DNA from: an uncultured Dehalococcoidia bacterium
GTDB lineage: Bacteria > Chloroflexota > Dehalococcoidia > SM23-28-2 > RBG-16-64-32
DNA: 64,000 nt
Direction: 5' to 3'
Assembly (NCBI GenBank): GCA_964558415.1
Contig: CAZLDI010000002.1
Location: 10,712 to 74,711 of the forward strand
Shown here piece by piece: positions 20,086-29,458 of this stretch. The translations under genes were made by a program, and so were the position numbers. Numbering within the stretch: the first letter of the stretch is position 1; every line of letters begins with the position of its first letter. The notes beneath the pieces were generated by a model, which was not told where the DNA came from, did not search any database, and saw nothing but the letters and a program-made list of their open reading frames with translations.

Positions 20086-21340
20086 TTTCCGTCCTCAGTC
20101 CACCGCGCCACACCGGTGACAGCGACCGCAGCCGCTCGACGATCCCCGGTAGCGTCTCCAGCACGTATTCCATCTGCTCCATCGTGTTGTCCGTGCCCAC
20201 CGTCAGCCGCAGGCTGCCGCGCGCGAGCTCTACCGGCACGCCCATCGCCGTCAGCACGTGCGACGGCTCTAGGGAGCCGCTGGTGCAGGCGCTGCCGCTG
20301 GAGGCCGCGACGGCCGCCAGGTCGAGGGCGATCAGGATCGCTTCACCCTCGATGCCCTCGAAGCAGAAGGACGCGCTGTTTGAGGCGCGGCTGTCGAGAT
20401 GTGAGGGGTGTTGTGTCTCCGCTCGCCCTTCGACGGGCTCAGGGTGAGCGGAACGAGGAATAGGGCCGGTGAGATGCGCGCCGGGCACCCGCTCCGGAAT
20501 GCCAGCGATCAGCCGTTCCCGCAGCGCGTGGTAGTGGGCATTGCGGGCGGCGAACTCCTCGTACGCAAGCTCCATCGCCTTCGCCATCCCGGCGATGCCC
20601 GCGACGTTTTCGGTGCCGGCGCGGCGGTTCTTCTCCTGCGAGCCGCCGAGCTGTTGCGGAAGCCACGCCGTGCGCTGCCGTACGTATAGCGCGCCGACGC
20701 CCTTCGGCCCGTAGAACTTGTGCGCGCCGATGCTGAGCATGTCCACGCCGAGCGCGTCGACGTTCACGTCGAGCGCGCCGACGGCCTGGACGGCGTCTGT
20801 GTGGAACACCGTCAGCGGGTTCTTCGCCTTCGCGACCCTGACGGCTTCCTGGATCGGCTCGATAGTACCAACCTCGTTGTTCACGTGCATGATGCTGATG
20901 ATGGCGGTCTGCCTGGAGACCGATTCCTCGAGCTCGTCAAGGTCGATGAACCCTTCGCCGTCGACGCCGAGATACGTGACGCGGAACCCCTCTTGCTCGA
21001 GCCGTTCGGTTGTGTGAATGACGGCGTGGTGCTCGATGGCGGTCGTAATCACGTGATCCGCGCCGCGCTGCTTTCGACCGGCGTATGCGGCACCGCGCAG
21101 GGCAGCGTTGTCGCTCTCGCTGCCGCCGGAGGTGAAGACGAGCTCTTGCGGCTTGCAGCCGAGGACCTCAGCGATGGAGCGGCGGGCCGCGTCCAGCCCC
21201 TTTCGCGCCTCTTGCGCCTCGGCGTAGAGGCTGGAGGGGTTGCCCCAGTGGTCGCGCAGGTAGGGCAGCATCGCGTCCAGCACGCGCGGGTCCAGAGGCG
21301 TGGTGGCGGCGTGGTCGAGGTAGATGCGATCGGTCATCAC
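20069..21340 (-). CDS. iscS: Cysteine desulfurase (IscS/NifS group I)
   Basis: IYLDHAATTP, FTSGGSESDN, HTDAVQ, AHKFYGPKG, SSGSACTS. Confidence 0.92.
   Translation of the reverse strand: MMTDRIYLDHAATTPLDPRVLDAMLPYLRDHWGNPSSLYAEAQEARKGLDAARRSIAEVLGCKPQELVFTSGGSESDNAALRGAAYAGRKQRGADHVITTAIEHHAVIHTTERLEQEGFRVTYLGVDGEGFIDLDELEESVSRQTAIISIMHVNNEVGTIEPIQEAVRVAKAKNPLTVFHTDAVQAVGALDVNVDALGVDMLSIGAHKFYGPKGVGALYVRQRTAWLPQQLGGSQEKNRRAGTENVAGIAGMAKAMELAYEEFAARNAHYHALRERLIAGIPERVPGAHLTGPIPRSAHPEPVEGRAETQHPSHLDSRASNSASFCFEGIEGEAILIALDLAAVAASSGSACTSGSLEPSHVLTAMGVPVELARGSLRLTVGTDNTMEQMEYVLETLPGIVERLRSLSPVWRGGLRTESGKTG
20418..20452. repeat. REP/MITE-like palindrome inside iscS
   Basis: TCCGCTCGCCCT-TCGACGGGCTC-AGGGTGAGCGGA, 12-bp arms with one G-T pair; encodes RSAHPEPVEGRAE. 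Confidence 0.7.
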
Positions 21341-21356
21341 AAGTCCATTGTAGCGA

Positions 21357-21385
21357 TTGCCGGATGGCGAGTCCTGTAGTACAAT
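21357..21385 (+). promoter_or_regulatory. sigma70-type promoter of the suf operon, back-to-back with the iscS -10 (TACAAT on minus strand, 21347-21352)
   Basis: TTGCCG-N17-TACAAT. Confidence 0.6.
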
Positions 21386-21466
21386 TCAGGCGTAGTGTAG
21401 ATTTAGACAGTCAAATATTGGAAAAGTCTGCCTACCGTATCTGAGAAGGACGCCGAAAGACACAAA

Positions 21467-22930
21467 ATGGCCCGCCCCAGCACCATCTCCCGACAGACCG
21501 CCGCGAGCGAGCTTGACTCCGACTACAAGTGGGGGTTCGTCACCGAGATCGAGACGGATCTCGCACCCAAGGGGCTGAACGAGGATATCGTCCGGCTCAT
21601 CTCGTCGAAGAAGGAAGAGCCGGAGTGGATGACCGAGTGGCGGCTGAAGGCCTACCGTTACTGGATGAAGCTCGGCTACGAGGAGCCGCGCTGGGCCAAG
21701 GTCAAGTTTCCGCACATCGACTACCAGGACGCTTACTACTACTCCGCCCCGGTCCAAACGAAGAAGCCGGGTAGCCTCGAAGAGGTCGATCCGGAGCTAA
21801 TCGAGGCGTTCAACAAGCTGGGCATTCCCCTCGTCGAGCAGAAGGCGCTCACGGGTGTCGCCGTCGACGCCGTTTTCGACAGCGTGTCAGTCGCGACGAC
21901 GTTCCAGAAGCAACTCGGGGAGCTCGGCGTCATCTTCTGCCCAATCAGCGAGGCGATCCAGAAACATCCGGAGCTGGTCAAGAAGTACATGGGCTCCGTG
22001 GTTCCCTATACGGACAACTTCTTTGCCAGCCTCAACTCCGCCGTATTCAGCGACGGCACTTTCGCGTACGTGCCGCCCGGCGTCCGCTGCCCCATTGAGC
22101 TGATGACCTACTTCCGCATCAACAGCGAGGGCACGGGACAGTTTGAGCGCACCCTGATCATCGCCGACAAGGGCAGCTACGTGAGCTATCTGGAGGGCTG
22201 CACGGCGCCTATGCGCAAGACCAACCAGCTTCACGCCGCGGTGGTCGAACTGATCACGCTTGACGACGCCGAGATCAAGTACTCGACGCTGCAGAACTGG
22301 TATCCCGGCGACAAGGATGGCAAAGGCGGCGTCTACAACTTCGTCACGAAGCGCGGGAAGGCCGCCGGGCGCAACTCCAAAATCTCGTGGACGCAGGTGG
22401 AGACCGGCTCCGCGATCACCTGGAAGTACCCGAGCGTAATCCTGCAGGGCGATAACTCCGTGGGCGAGTTCTACTCCGTGGCGCTGGTCAACAACTACCA
22501 GCAGGCGGACACCGGCACGAAGATGATCCACATGGGCAAGAACACGCGGAGCACAATCATCGCCAAGGGCATCTCAGCGGGTCACGGGCAGAACACTTAC
22601 CGCGGACTCGTGAAGATAATGCCGACGGCGGAGCACGCGCGGAACTTCACCCGCTGCGACTCACTTCTGATTGGCGATAAGTGCGGGGCGCACACGGTGC
22701 CGTACATTGAGGTGCGGAATCCGACCGCGCACATGGAGCACGAGGCGACGACGTCTAAGGTGAGCGAGGACCAGCTCTTCTACCTGATGCAGCGCGGCAT
22801 CAGCGAGGAGGCGTCCCAGTATATGATTATCAACGGCTTCTGCCGAGGCGTCTTTCAGGAGCTCCCGTTCGAGTTCGCGATGGAGGCGTCGCAACTCCTC
22901 AAGGTCAGCCTCGAAGGGACCGTGGGCTAG
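21467..22930 (+). CDS. sufB: Fe-S cluster assembly protein SufB
   Basis: [56 protein letters not shown]. Confidence 0.97.
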   Translation: MARPSTISRQTAASELDSDYKWGFVTEIETDLAPKGLNEDIVRLISSKKEEPEWMTEWRLKAYRYWMKLGYEEPRWAKVKFPHIDYQDAYYYSAPVQTKKPGSLEEVDPELIEAFNKLGIPLVEQKALTGVAVDAVFDSVSVATTFQKQLGELGVIFCPISEAIQKHPELVKKYMGSVVPYTDNFFASLNSAVFSDGTFAYVPPGVRCPIELMTYFRINSEGTGQFERTLIIADKGSYVSYLEGCTAPMRKTNQLHAAVVELITLDDAEIKYSTLQNWYPGDKDGKGGVYNFVTKRGKAAGRNSKISWTQVETGSAITWKYPSVILQGDNSVGEFYSVALVNNYQQADTGTKMIHMGKNTRSTIIAKGISAGHGQNTYRGLVKIMPTAEHARNFTRCDSLLIGDKCGAHTVPYIEVRNPTAHMEHEATTSKVSEDQLFYLMQRGISEEASQYMIINGFCRGVFQELPFEFAMEASQLLKVSLEGTVG

Positions 22931-23719
22931 GTGAGCACCAATCACACACGCCCCCTCCTGGAGGTTCGCGGCCTCCACGTCTCCGTGGGCGAAAACGAGA
23001 TCCTTAGCGGGCTGAGCCTCGCGGTCCACCTGGGCGAAGTGCACGCCATCATGGGCCCGAACGGCAGCGGCAAGAGCACCTTCACGAACGTCGTCGCCGG
23101 GCGGCCCGGTTACATCGTGACCGCCGGCGAAGTGCTGTACCGGGGCAAGAACCTGCTTGAGATGACGCCGGACCTGCGCGCCCGCGAGGGCGTTTTCCTC
23201 GCCCTCCAGTACCCAGTTGAGCTCCCCGGCATCCGCAATCGCGAGTTCCTGCGTACCGCAGTGGAGGCCGTCCGTGAGCATCGCGGAGAGTCGAAGCTCC
23301 CGGTACGCGAGTTCAACAAGCTGTTGGACGCCAGGGCGAAGGAGATGGAGTTTGAACCGGACCTGATGAAGCGCTCCGTCAACGAGGGCTTCTCCGGCGG
23401 CGAGAAGAAGCGCAACGAAATTCTCCAGCTCTCTGTCTTGAACCCGACGCTCGCGCTGCTGGACGAGACCGACTCCGGCCTGGACATCGATGCGCTCAAG
23501 GTGGTGGCTGAGGGCGTGAACCGCTTCCGAGGGCCGGATAAAGCGATCGTCCTGGTCACGCACTACCAGCGCATCCTCAACTACATCACCCCGGACTACG
23601 TACACGTGCTGATCGGTGGGCGGATCGTGCGCTCCGGTGGCCGAGAGCTGGCTCTGGAGCTGGAGTCACAAGGGTACGATTGGCTCAAGGAGCCCGCCCA
23701 AACCGGCAGCGCCGGCTAA
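22931..23719 (+). CDS. sufC: Fe-S cluster assembly ATPase SufC
   Basis: GPNGSGKST, QYPVELPG, NEGFSGGEKKRNEILQ, LDETDSGLDIDAL. Confidence 0.97.
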   Translation: MSTNHTRPLLEVRGLHVSVGENEILSGLSLAVHLGEVHAIMGPNGSGKSTFTNVVAGRPGYIVTAGEVLYRGKNLLEMTPDLRAREGVFLALQYPVELPGIRNREFLRTAVEAVREHRGESKLPVREFNKLLDARAKEMEFEPDLMKRSVNEGFSGGEKKRNEILQLSVLNPTLALLDETDSGLDIDALKVVAEGVNRFRGPDKAIVLVTHYQRILNYITPDYVHVLIGGRIVRSGGRELALELESQGYDWLKEPAQTGSAG

Positions 23720-23732
23720 CAGGCGGATCAGC

Positions 23733-25085
23733 GTGACCCAGGCGCCCTCAAAGTACAGCCACTACCTCACCGACTTCGACGCAGATTCCAGGAGATTGGC
23801 CTCGCAACCGGCGTGGCTGTCTGCCCTGAGGAAGGAGGCCCTCGCGCACTTCCGCGAGGTCGGTCTGCCCACCGCCCGTAGCGGCAATGAGCCCTGGAAA
23901 TACACGAACGTGGCGCCTATCGCCGCCGCCCAATTCGTGCTCGAAGCAACACCGGAGCCCGACATCGACCGCGTCACGGCCGTGGCGCCATGGTGCACAG
24001 TCTGGCACGAAGCTGTATTCGTCAACGGCCGCTATTCGCCCGCGCTGTCGGCCAGTCCCGCGACGCACGAGCCGAGAGAAGGGCTCGGAGGAGCCACGAT
24101 TGAGAGTCTGGCGGACGCCATCGCGCGCGATGACGGCCTGATCGAACGGCACCTCTCGCGCCTGGTCCCGTACGATTACGATGGCTTCACGGCTCTGAAC
24201 ACTGCGTTTCTGGCAGACGGGGCGTTCGTTTACGTGCCGGATGGGGCGGAGGTGTTGACCCATATCCATCTCTTATTCATTTCGGCGCCCGCGGCACGTC
24301 CGGGCGTCAGCTACCCGCGCACCCTGATCGTCAGCGGCAGGTCGAGCAAAGTGACGGTGATAGAGAGCTACGTATCGTTGAACGGCGCGCAGTATCTCAA
24401 CGATGCAGTGAGCGAGATCTTCGTTGGGGAAGGCGCGCGGGTGGAGCACTACAGAGTCTTACTTGACCGCGATGCGTATCACGTGGGAGTAACGCGCGTC
24501 GATCAGGGACGGGACAGCAGCTTCACGTCGACGTCATACGCAACCGGCGCCGCGCTGGCCCGCAACGACTTCGCCGTGACGCTGGGCGAACCGGGGGCCG
24601 AGTGCCGTCTGCGAGGGCTTTACGTGGGCGCCGGAACACAGCACATCGACAACTACTTGAACATCGACCACGCAGCGCCGCACTGCAAGAGCCGCCTCTA
24701 CTACAAAGGGATCCTGGACGAGAAGTCGCGTGCCGTCTTCGGTGGCACGGTGCTCGTGCGCCCGGGGGCGATCAAGACAGACTCCCATCAGGAAGATAAG
24801 AACCTGGTCCTTTCGCACGAAGCGGAGGTAGACAGCAAGCCGGCGCTGGAGATATACGCGGACGATGTGAAATGCGGGCACGGCGCGACGGCAGGCGCTC
24901 TAACCGACGAAGCGTTGTTCTACATGCGCAGTCGCGGCATCGACGAGACAACGGCAAACCAGCTCCTGATCAAGGCCTTTGCCAGCGAGATCCTGGACGA
25001 GACGATCGAACCTTTGCGGGAGTACCTCGAGCGGCGGACTGCAGAGGCACTTCCACGCTTTGGGATGGCGCAGGGGATGTCGTGA
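23733..25085 (+). CDS. sufD: Fe-S cluster assembly protein SufD
   Basis: E.WKYT, ALNTAF, KPALEIYADDVKCGHGAT, LFYMRSRGI; GTG start. Confidence 0.95.
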   Translation: MTQAPSKYSHYLTDFDADSRRLASQPAWLSALRKEALAHFREVGLPTARSGNEPWKYTNVAPIAAAQFVLEATPEPDIDRVTAVAPWCTVWHEAVFVNGRYSPALSASPATHEPREGLGGATIESLADAIARDDGLIERHLSRLVPYDYDGFTALNTAFLADGAFVYVPDGAEVLTHIHLLFISAPAARPGVSYPRTLIVSGRSSKVTVIESYVSLNGAQYLNDAVSEIFVGEGARVEHYRVLLDRDAYHVGVTRVDQGRDSSFTSTSYATGAALARNDFAVTLGEPGAECRLRGLYVGAGTQHIDNYLNIDHAAPHCKSRLYYKGILDEKSRAVFGGTVLVRPGAIKTDSHQEDKNLVLSHEAEVDSKPALEIYADDVKCGHGATAGALTDEALFYMRSRGIDETTANQLLIKAFASEILDETIEPLREYLERRTAEALPRFGMAQGMS

Positions 25086-26311
25086 CGCTGGACGTCGCGC
25101 GCATCCGGGCGGACTTTCCGATCCTCAAGCGGGAAGTGTACGGCAAGCCGCTGGTGTACTTCGACAACGCCGCCACGTCCCAGAAACCGCGGCAGGTGAT
25201 CGATGCGATCGTGCGCTATTACGAGCTTCACAACGCGAACATTCACCGCGCGGTGCATTGCCTGGGCGAAGAGGCGACTGCCGCTTACGAGGACGCTCGT
25301 TCCAGGGTCGCCGCGTTCATTAACGCGCCCTCGCCGGAATGTATCGTCTTCACCCGCAACACCACGGAGGCCATTAACCTCGTCGCGTACACCTGGGGCC
25401 ACGCGAACATCAACGCAGGCGATGAGATTCTCCTAACACAGATGGAGCACCACTCTAACCTGGTCCCCTGGCAGCGTCTCGCGGCCGCCAAGGGTGCATC
25501 AATTCGCTATATCGGCCTTACGGCGGCGCAGACGCTCGATCTGCCAGCGCCTGACAAGCTATTCTCTTCCCGCACAAAGCTGCTGGCGATGCCGCACGTC
25601 TCGAACTCGATGGGAACGATCAATCCGGTCGACGAGATCGCGGAAGAGGCGCGGCGCCGCGGCGTGTCGGTGTTGATCGACGGTGCGCAGGCCGTGCCGC
25701 ACCTGGCGGTTGATGTGCAGGCGATCGGCAGTGACTTCTATGCATTCTCGTCGCACAAGATGCTTGGCCCCACAGGAGTCGGCGTGCTGTACGCGCGGCG
25801 CGAGCTGCTTGAAGATATGGAGCCGTTCCTGGGCGGCGGCGAGATGATCCGCAAGGTCACGTTTGAGGACGCCACCTGGAACGACGTCCCCTGGAAGTTC
25901 GAAGCGGGTACGCCCAACATCGCGGATGTCATCGCCCTGGGCGCCGCGATCGACTATCTAGGCGATCTGGGGATGGACAGCGTCCGCTCGCACGAGATGG
26001 AGATCACGGCGTACGCCTTGGACCGCATCCGCGAGCTAGACGACATAACGCTGTACGGTCCTCCGGACCCGGCGGACAGGGGCGGTGTGGTCTCCTTCAA
26101 CTACGGCGACCTGCACCCGCATGACATCGGCCAGGTGCTGGACCATCACGGCGTGGCGATCCGGGCAGGGCACCACTGCACTCAGCCTCTTATGCGGGCG
26201 CTCGGGATCTCCGGAACGGCGCGGGCCAGCTTCTACATCTATAACACGCCGCAAGAGGTGGACGTGATGATCGACGCGCTCAAGGCCGCTCGCGACTTCT
26301 TCAACCGATGA
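25082..26311 (+). CDS. sufS: Cysteine desulfurase SufS (group II)
   Basis: YFDNAATSQKP, EHHSNLVPWQ, SHKMLGPTG, RAGHHC; GTG overlapping the sufD stop. Confidence 0.96.
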   Translation: MTLDVARIRADFPILKREVYGKPLVYFDNAATSQKPRQVIDAIVRYYELHNANIHRAVHCLGEEATAAYEDARSRVAAFINAPSPECIVFTRNTTEAINLVAYTWGHANINAGDEILLTQMEHHSNLVPWQRLAAAKGASIRYIGLTAAQTLDLPAPDKLFSSRTKLLAMPHVSNSMGTINPVDEIAEEARRRGVSVLIDGAQAVPHLAVDVQAIGSDFYAFSSHKMLGPTGVGVLYARRELLEDMEPFLGGGEMIRKVTFEDATWNDVPWKFEAGTPNIADVIALGAAIDYLGDLGMDSVRSHEMEITAYALDRIRELDDITLYGPPDPADRGGVVSFNYGDLHPHDIGQVLDHHGVAIRAGHHCTQPLMRALGISGTARASFYIYNTPQEVDVMIDALKAARDFFNR

Positions 26312-26775
26312 CAACGCCTCGCGACGAGTACGCACGGCAAGAGTCGGAGCTAGACGAGCTCTACCGGGACATCATCATCGACCACTACCGGCACCCGCGT
26401 CACCGTGGCTCTCTGACGAACCCCAGCGCGAGCCACGAGGGATTGAACCCGCTCTGCGGCGACGAGGTCACGGTGGAGGTTACCATCAAGGACGGGCGGA
26501 TCGAGGACATTGGCTACCTCGGCTCCGGCTGCTCCATCAGCCAGTCGTCGGCTTCCATGATGACGGAGGCAGTTTACGGGAAGACACCGGGCGAGGCGCG
26601 CGAGCTCGGCGACTCCTTCACCGCGATGATGCGCGGCTCCGATGGCGTTGACCCCGAATCCCTGGGCGACCTTGAAGCTCTGAGCGGAGTGCGGAAGTTC
26701 CCGGTGAGGGTGAAATGCGCGACGCTGGCGTGGCATACGCTGAACGAGGCGCTGGCGGACGCGAGAGCTTCGTAA
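26308..26775 (+). CDS. sufU: SufU (NifU-like) sulfur acceptor
   Basis: LYRDIIIDHY..P, NPLCGDEV, GCSISQSSASMM, RVKCATLAW. Confidence 0.96.
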   Translation: MTTPRDEYARQESELDELYRDIIIDHYRHPRHRGSLTNPSASHEGLNPLCGDEVTVEVTIKDGRIEDIGYLGSGCSISQSSASMMTEAVYGKTPGEARELGDSFTAMMRGSDGVDPESLGDLEALSGVRKFPVRVKCATLAWHTLNEALADARAS

Positions 26776-26873
26776 GGCGCTACGGCGACGGCCATAAGCC
26801 CGGGGCCGCCAAGTTCGCGGTGCTGTCGCGGGCAAGGGCCCGGCCCGAGCGGAGAAGTCGACGCAATGCGGAA

Positions 26874-27863
26874 CTAGAACGAGAACTCTCGCAGAAACGA
26901 CCGCATCCCCTCCGGCGCGGAGCGTTTTTCGAAAAGCACCGCGTGGACCGTCGCCAGAAGAGGGAACTGCTCAGCGCTTTCGCGGGTTAGTTCCTTGATT
27001 GCCTTGCAGGCGACGACGCCTTCTACGGTACTCTCGAGCAGGAAGCGCTGCCAGTCCGCGCCGCTCCCCAGCTTGTCTCCCAGGGTGCGATTTCGGCTGT
27101 GCTCGCTGTACCCCGTCGTCAGCAGGTCGCCAAGACCGGCGAGCCCGTACGCGGTCTGGCTCAGTCCACCTAGCGCCGTGCAGATGCGCATCATCTCCTC
27201 AACGGCCACTGTGCCAACGAACGCCTTCGTGTTCATGCCCAGCCCCAGGCCGTCGCACATCCCGAGCGATATCGCGTAGATGTTCTTGAGTGTCGCGCAC
27301 AGCTCCAACCCGATGAGGTCCGCGGTTGCCTCCACCTTCAAATGTTCGTTCTGAAGGACACGCTGTACATGGCGGCGTGGCGCCGGTTCAGCGTAGCCGA
27401 CGATGACTGCCATCGGGTGACCGCGCGCCATCTCAATCGCTATGGCCGGTCCACCCATGCTGCCGATCTGGCTGCGATGGCGCCCGCCGAATCCGTCCGA
27501 TATCACCTGGCTCATGCGCTTGTGGCTGCCCGCTTCCAGTCCTTTGGCAACGTTTAGCACGGCCACGCCCTCGGCGAGGTGAGGCGAAACGTCCGCGGCG
27601 ACCTTCGCGACGATTTGGGACGGCACGGTCATGAACACCAGGCTCGCGTCAGCTACTGCGTCCGCAATCTCCCAGCGTGCCTCGATGCGGGGGCTAAGCT
27701 CGATGCCGGCGAGGTACTTCGTGTTCCGGTGGTGGTCCCGGATCTCCTCGAGCACATCCGTCTCGATGCTCCAGAGGACCGCCCGGTGGCCGTTGCTGGC
27801 GATCACGTGGCCGAGTGCGGTTCCCATGTTTCCGGCGCCGAGAATCGCTACGGTTTCAGTCAT
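26874..27863 (-). CDS. gpsA: NAD(P)H-dependent glycerol-3-phosphate dehydrogenase
   Basis: GAGNMGTAL, AKGLE, LKNIYAI, GLAGLGDL, SRNR, VEGV. Confidence 0.92.
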   Translation of the reverse strand: MTETVAILGAGNMGTALGHVIASNGHRAVLWSIETDVLEEIRDHHRNTKYLAGIELSPRIEARWEIADAVADASLVFMTVPSQIVAKVAADVSPHLAEGVAVLNVAKGLEAGSHKRMSQVISDGFGGRHRSQIGSMGGPAIAIEMARGHPMAVIVGYAEPAPRRHVQRVLQNEHLKVEATADLIGLELCATLKNIYAISLGMCDGLGLGMNTKAFVGTVAVEEMMRICTALGGLSQTAYGLAGLGDLLTTGYSEHSRNRTLGDKLGSGADWQRFLLESTVEGVVACKAIKELTRESAEQFPLLATVHAVLFEKRSAPEGMRSFLREFSF

Positions 27864-27923
27864 TGCAACTCGGAGTGGGCCTGTGATCCCGTTCGGGATG
27901 ACGCCCGCTCTTTCACGGGTCGA

Positions 27924-28649
27924 TCAGAATCTGAACGTCTTGAGATCACCCGCAACCAGAGTGTTCGCGAGGCCGTTGAGCACGGGTTGCGAGTTCAGGT
28001 GTGTGAGTACAATCCGCGTGTGGGGTGATATGCGCCCTCGGATGATCTTCGCATCATCCAGACCCATGTGCTGGGGGCCGCTGCCTTCGGTATAGGTGCA
28101 GTCCAGTACCAGTATGTCCGCGCCCTCGGCCAGCTCAAAGATCTCTTCGCAAAACATCGTGTCGCCCGTGTAAGCGATCGTCTTGTCGTTGATGATGGCC
28201 CGGTAGCCGAAGGCGTGCATCTCCTCCTTGACGTGGTTCATGGGCACGGCCTGGAACTTGATGGAGCCCGCGGTCTGCTGCTTTCCGGGCTGCGCGTCGA
28301 TATAGACGCGCTTGTAACCGGATTCGCGAACGATGTTGGGATACACGCGGACGGCGAAGTCTTCCATCCAGTCCTCCACGCCCGGTGGTCCTACGATGTA
28401 CAGGTCGTTCGTCCGCGGTGTCTTGTACATGTACTCCAACAGGAGGAACGGGAGGCCGACGAAATGGTCGCCGTGGTGGTGAGTCAGAAACAGGACTTCT
28501 ATCTCGGCCAGCGGCACCTTCAGTTGTTTCAAATGAGGCAGCAGCGTCGGTGGGGCGTCGAAGAGATATCTCTTGTCGACGACGAAGGAACTCCAGTAGC
28601 GCCCCTCCGAGGCGAAGGCGTTGGCGGATCCGAGAAACGTGAGCTCCAT
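27924..28649 (-). CDS. RNase Z-like metallo-beta-lactamase
   Basis: FLGS, THHHGDH, YTGDT, LTHL. Confidence 0.85.
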   Translation of the reverse strand: MELTFLGSANAFASEGRYWSSFVVDKRYLFDAPPTLLPHLKQLKVPLAEIEVLFLTHHHGDHFVGLPFLLLEYMYKTPRTNDLYIVGPPGVEDWMEDFAVRVYPNIVRESGYKRVYIDAQPGKQQTAGSIKFQAVPMNHVKEEMHAFGYRAIINDKTIAYTGDTMFCEEIFELAEGADILVLDCTYTEGSGPQHMGLDDAKIIRGRISPHTRIVLTHLNSQPVLNGLANTLVAGDLKTFRF

Positions 28650-28651
28650 GG

Positions 28652-29353
28652 TCAGGCGGCGGTAGCGACGTACTCCCGGTGGACGCCGTCAAGGAACGAT
28701 AGAAGCGCTTGCGTGGCCTCGTCTACGGCATCCGTCGCTTCTTCCTGGGTTTCCTCTGTGGTCGCGTACTTCGCGACCATGTTGCGCGTTACCTTCGAAT
28801 GCTCGACGTCGAGGCTGTGGTGCACCACGAAGAAGCGAAGCCCGTCCGGGGTGTCGATGCCATAGAACCTCTTGAGGCCGTCCATCTTGGTGCCGGCGAC
28901 TTCGGGTACCTGCGATTCGTACGCGTAGAGTGCAGAGATACCACGCACGAACGGTGTATCCTTGGTGATGCGCCGGTACGTCTCGATCAACGCTGTCGTC
29001 TCAGGCAGTAGCGTGGACTCGATCAGCTCGCTCCGGGTAAGTCCCAGCGCTTCACCGAACTTGAGCCACAGTTCCGGGTGGTTGTTGGGTCCCTGCTCTT
29101 CTTCCACCAGGTTCTCCAGGAGCTCCTGACGGTCGGGAAGGTCATCACAGTTGGCGTGCGTGCCGCTGACGTAGGTGGGGAACGCGAGTACGTGGTGGTA
29201 GTACTGGCAGGCATATCCTTTGAGCGCCTCGAGGGTGAGCTCGCCGGCCTGCCAGGTCTGATAGAACGGGTGCTTGAGCAGGCTGCGATCCTCGATCAAG
29301 CGATCGAGTTGCTCGCATAGCTCCTCCCCGGTGACGATGTTGGTTGTCGTCAA
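28652..29353 (-). CDS. CADD (CT610)-family heme-oxygenase-like diiron protein, putative pABA synthase
   Basis: LLKHPFYQ.W..G.L, QYY.HV.AFP.Y.S, ENL.EEE...NHPELW, YAYESQVPEVA..K, FF.VH..LD.EH. Confidence 0.88.
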   Translation of the reverse strand: MTTTNIVTGEELCEQLDRLIEDRSLLKHPFYQTWQAGELTLEALKGYACQYYHHVLAFPTYVSGTHANCDDLPDRQELLENLVEEEQGPNNHPELWLKFGEALGLTRSELIESTLLPETTALIETYRRITKDTPFVRGISALYAYESQVPEVAGTKMDGLKRFYGIDTPDGLRFFVVHHSLDVEHSKVTRNMVAKYATTEETQEEATDAVDEATQALLSFLDGVHREYVATAA

Positions 29354-29458
29354 CGTGTCCCCTCCTTATTGGGCGAAGGAGCCGTGACTTGCCGGTCCGC
29401 CTCAGGCGGACTCGTGCAGGTCGCGGCCCCTCCCTATGGTGCCGTTCCGGTTACAATT

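Noticed and set aside
21395-21435. AT-rich AGAC...GTCT segment as an IscR/SufR operator
   Set aside because: Symmetry is too weak and no regulator gene is adjacent
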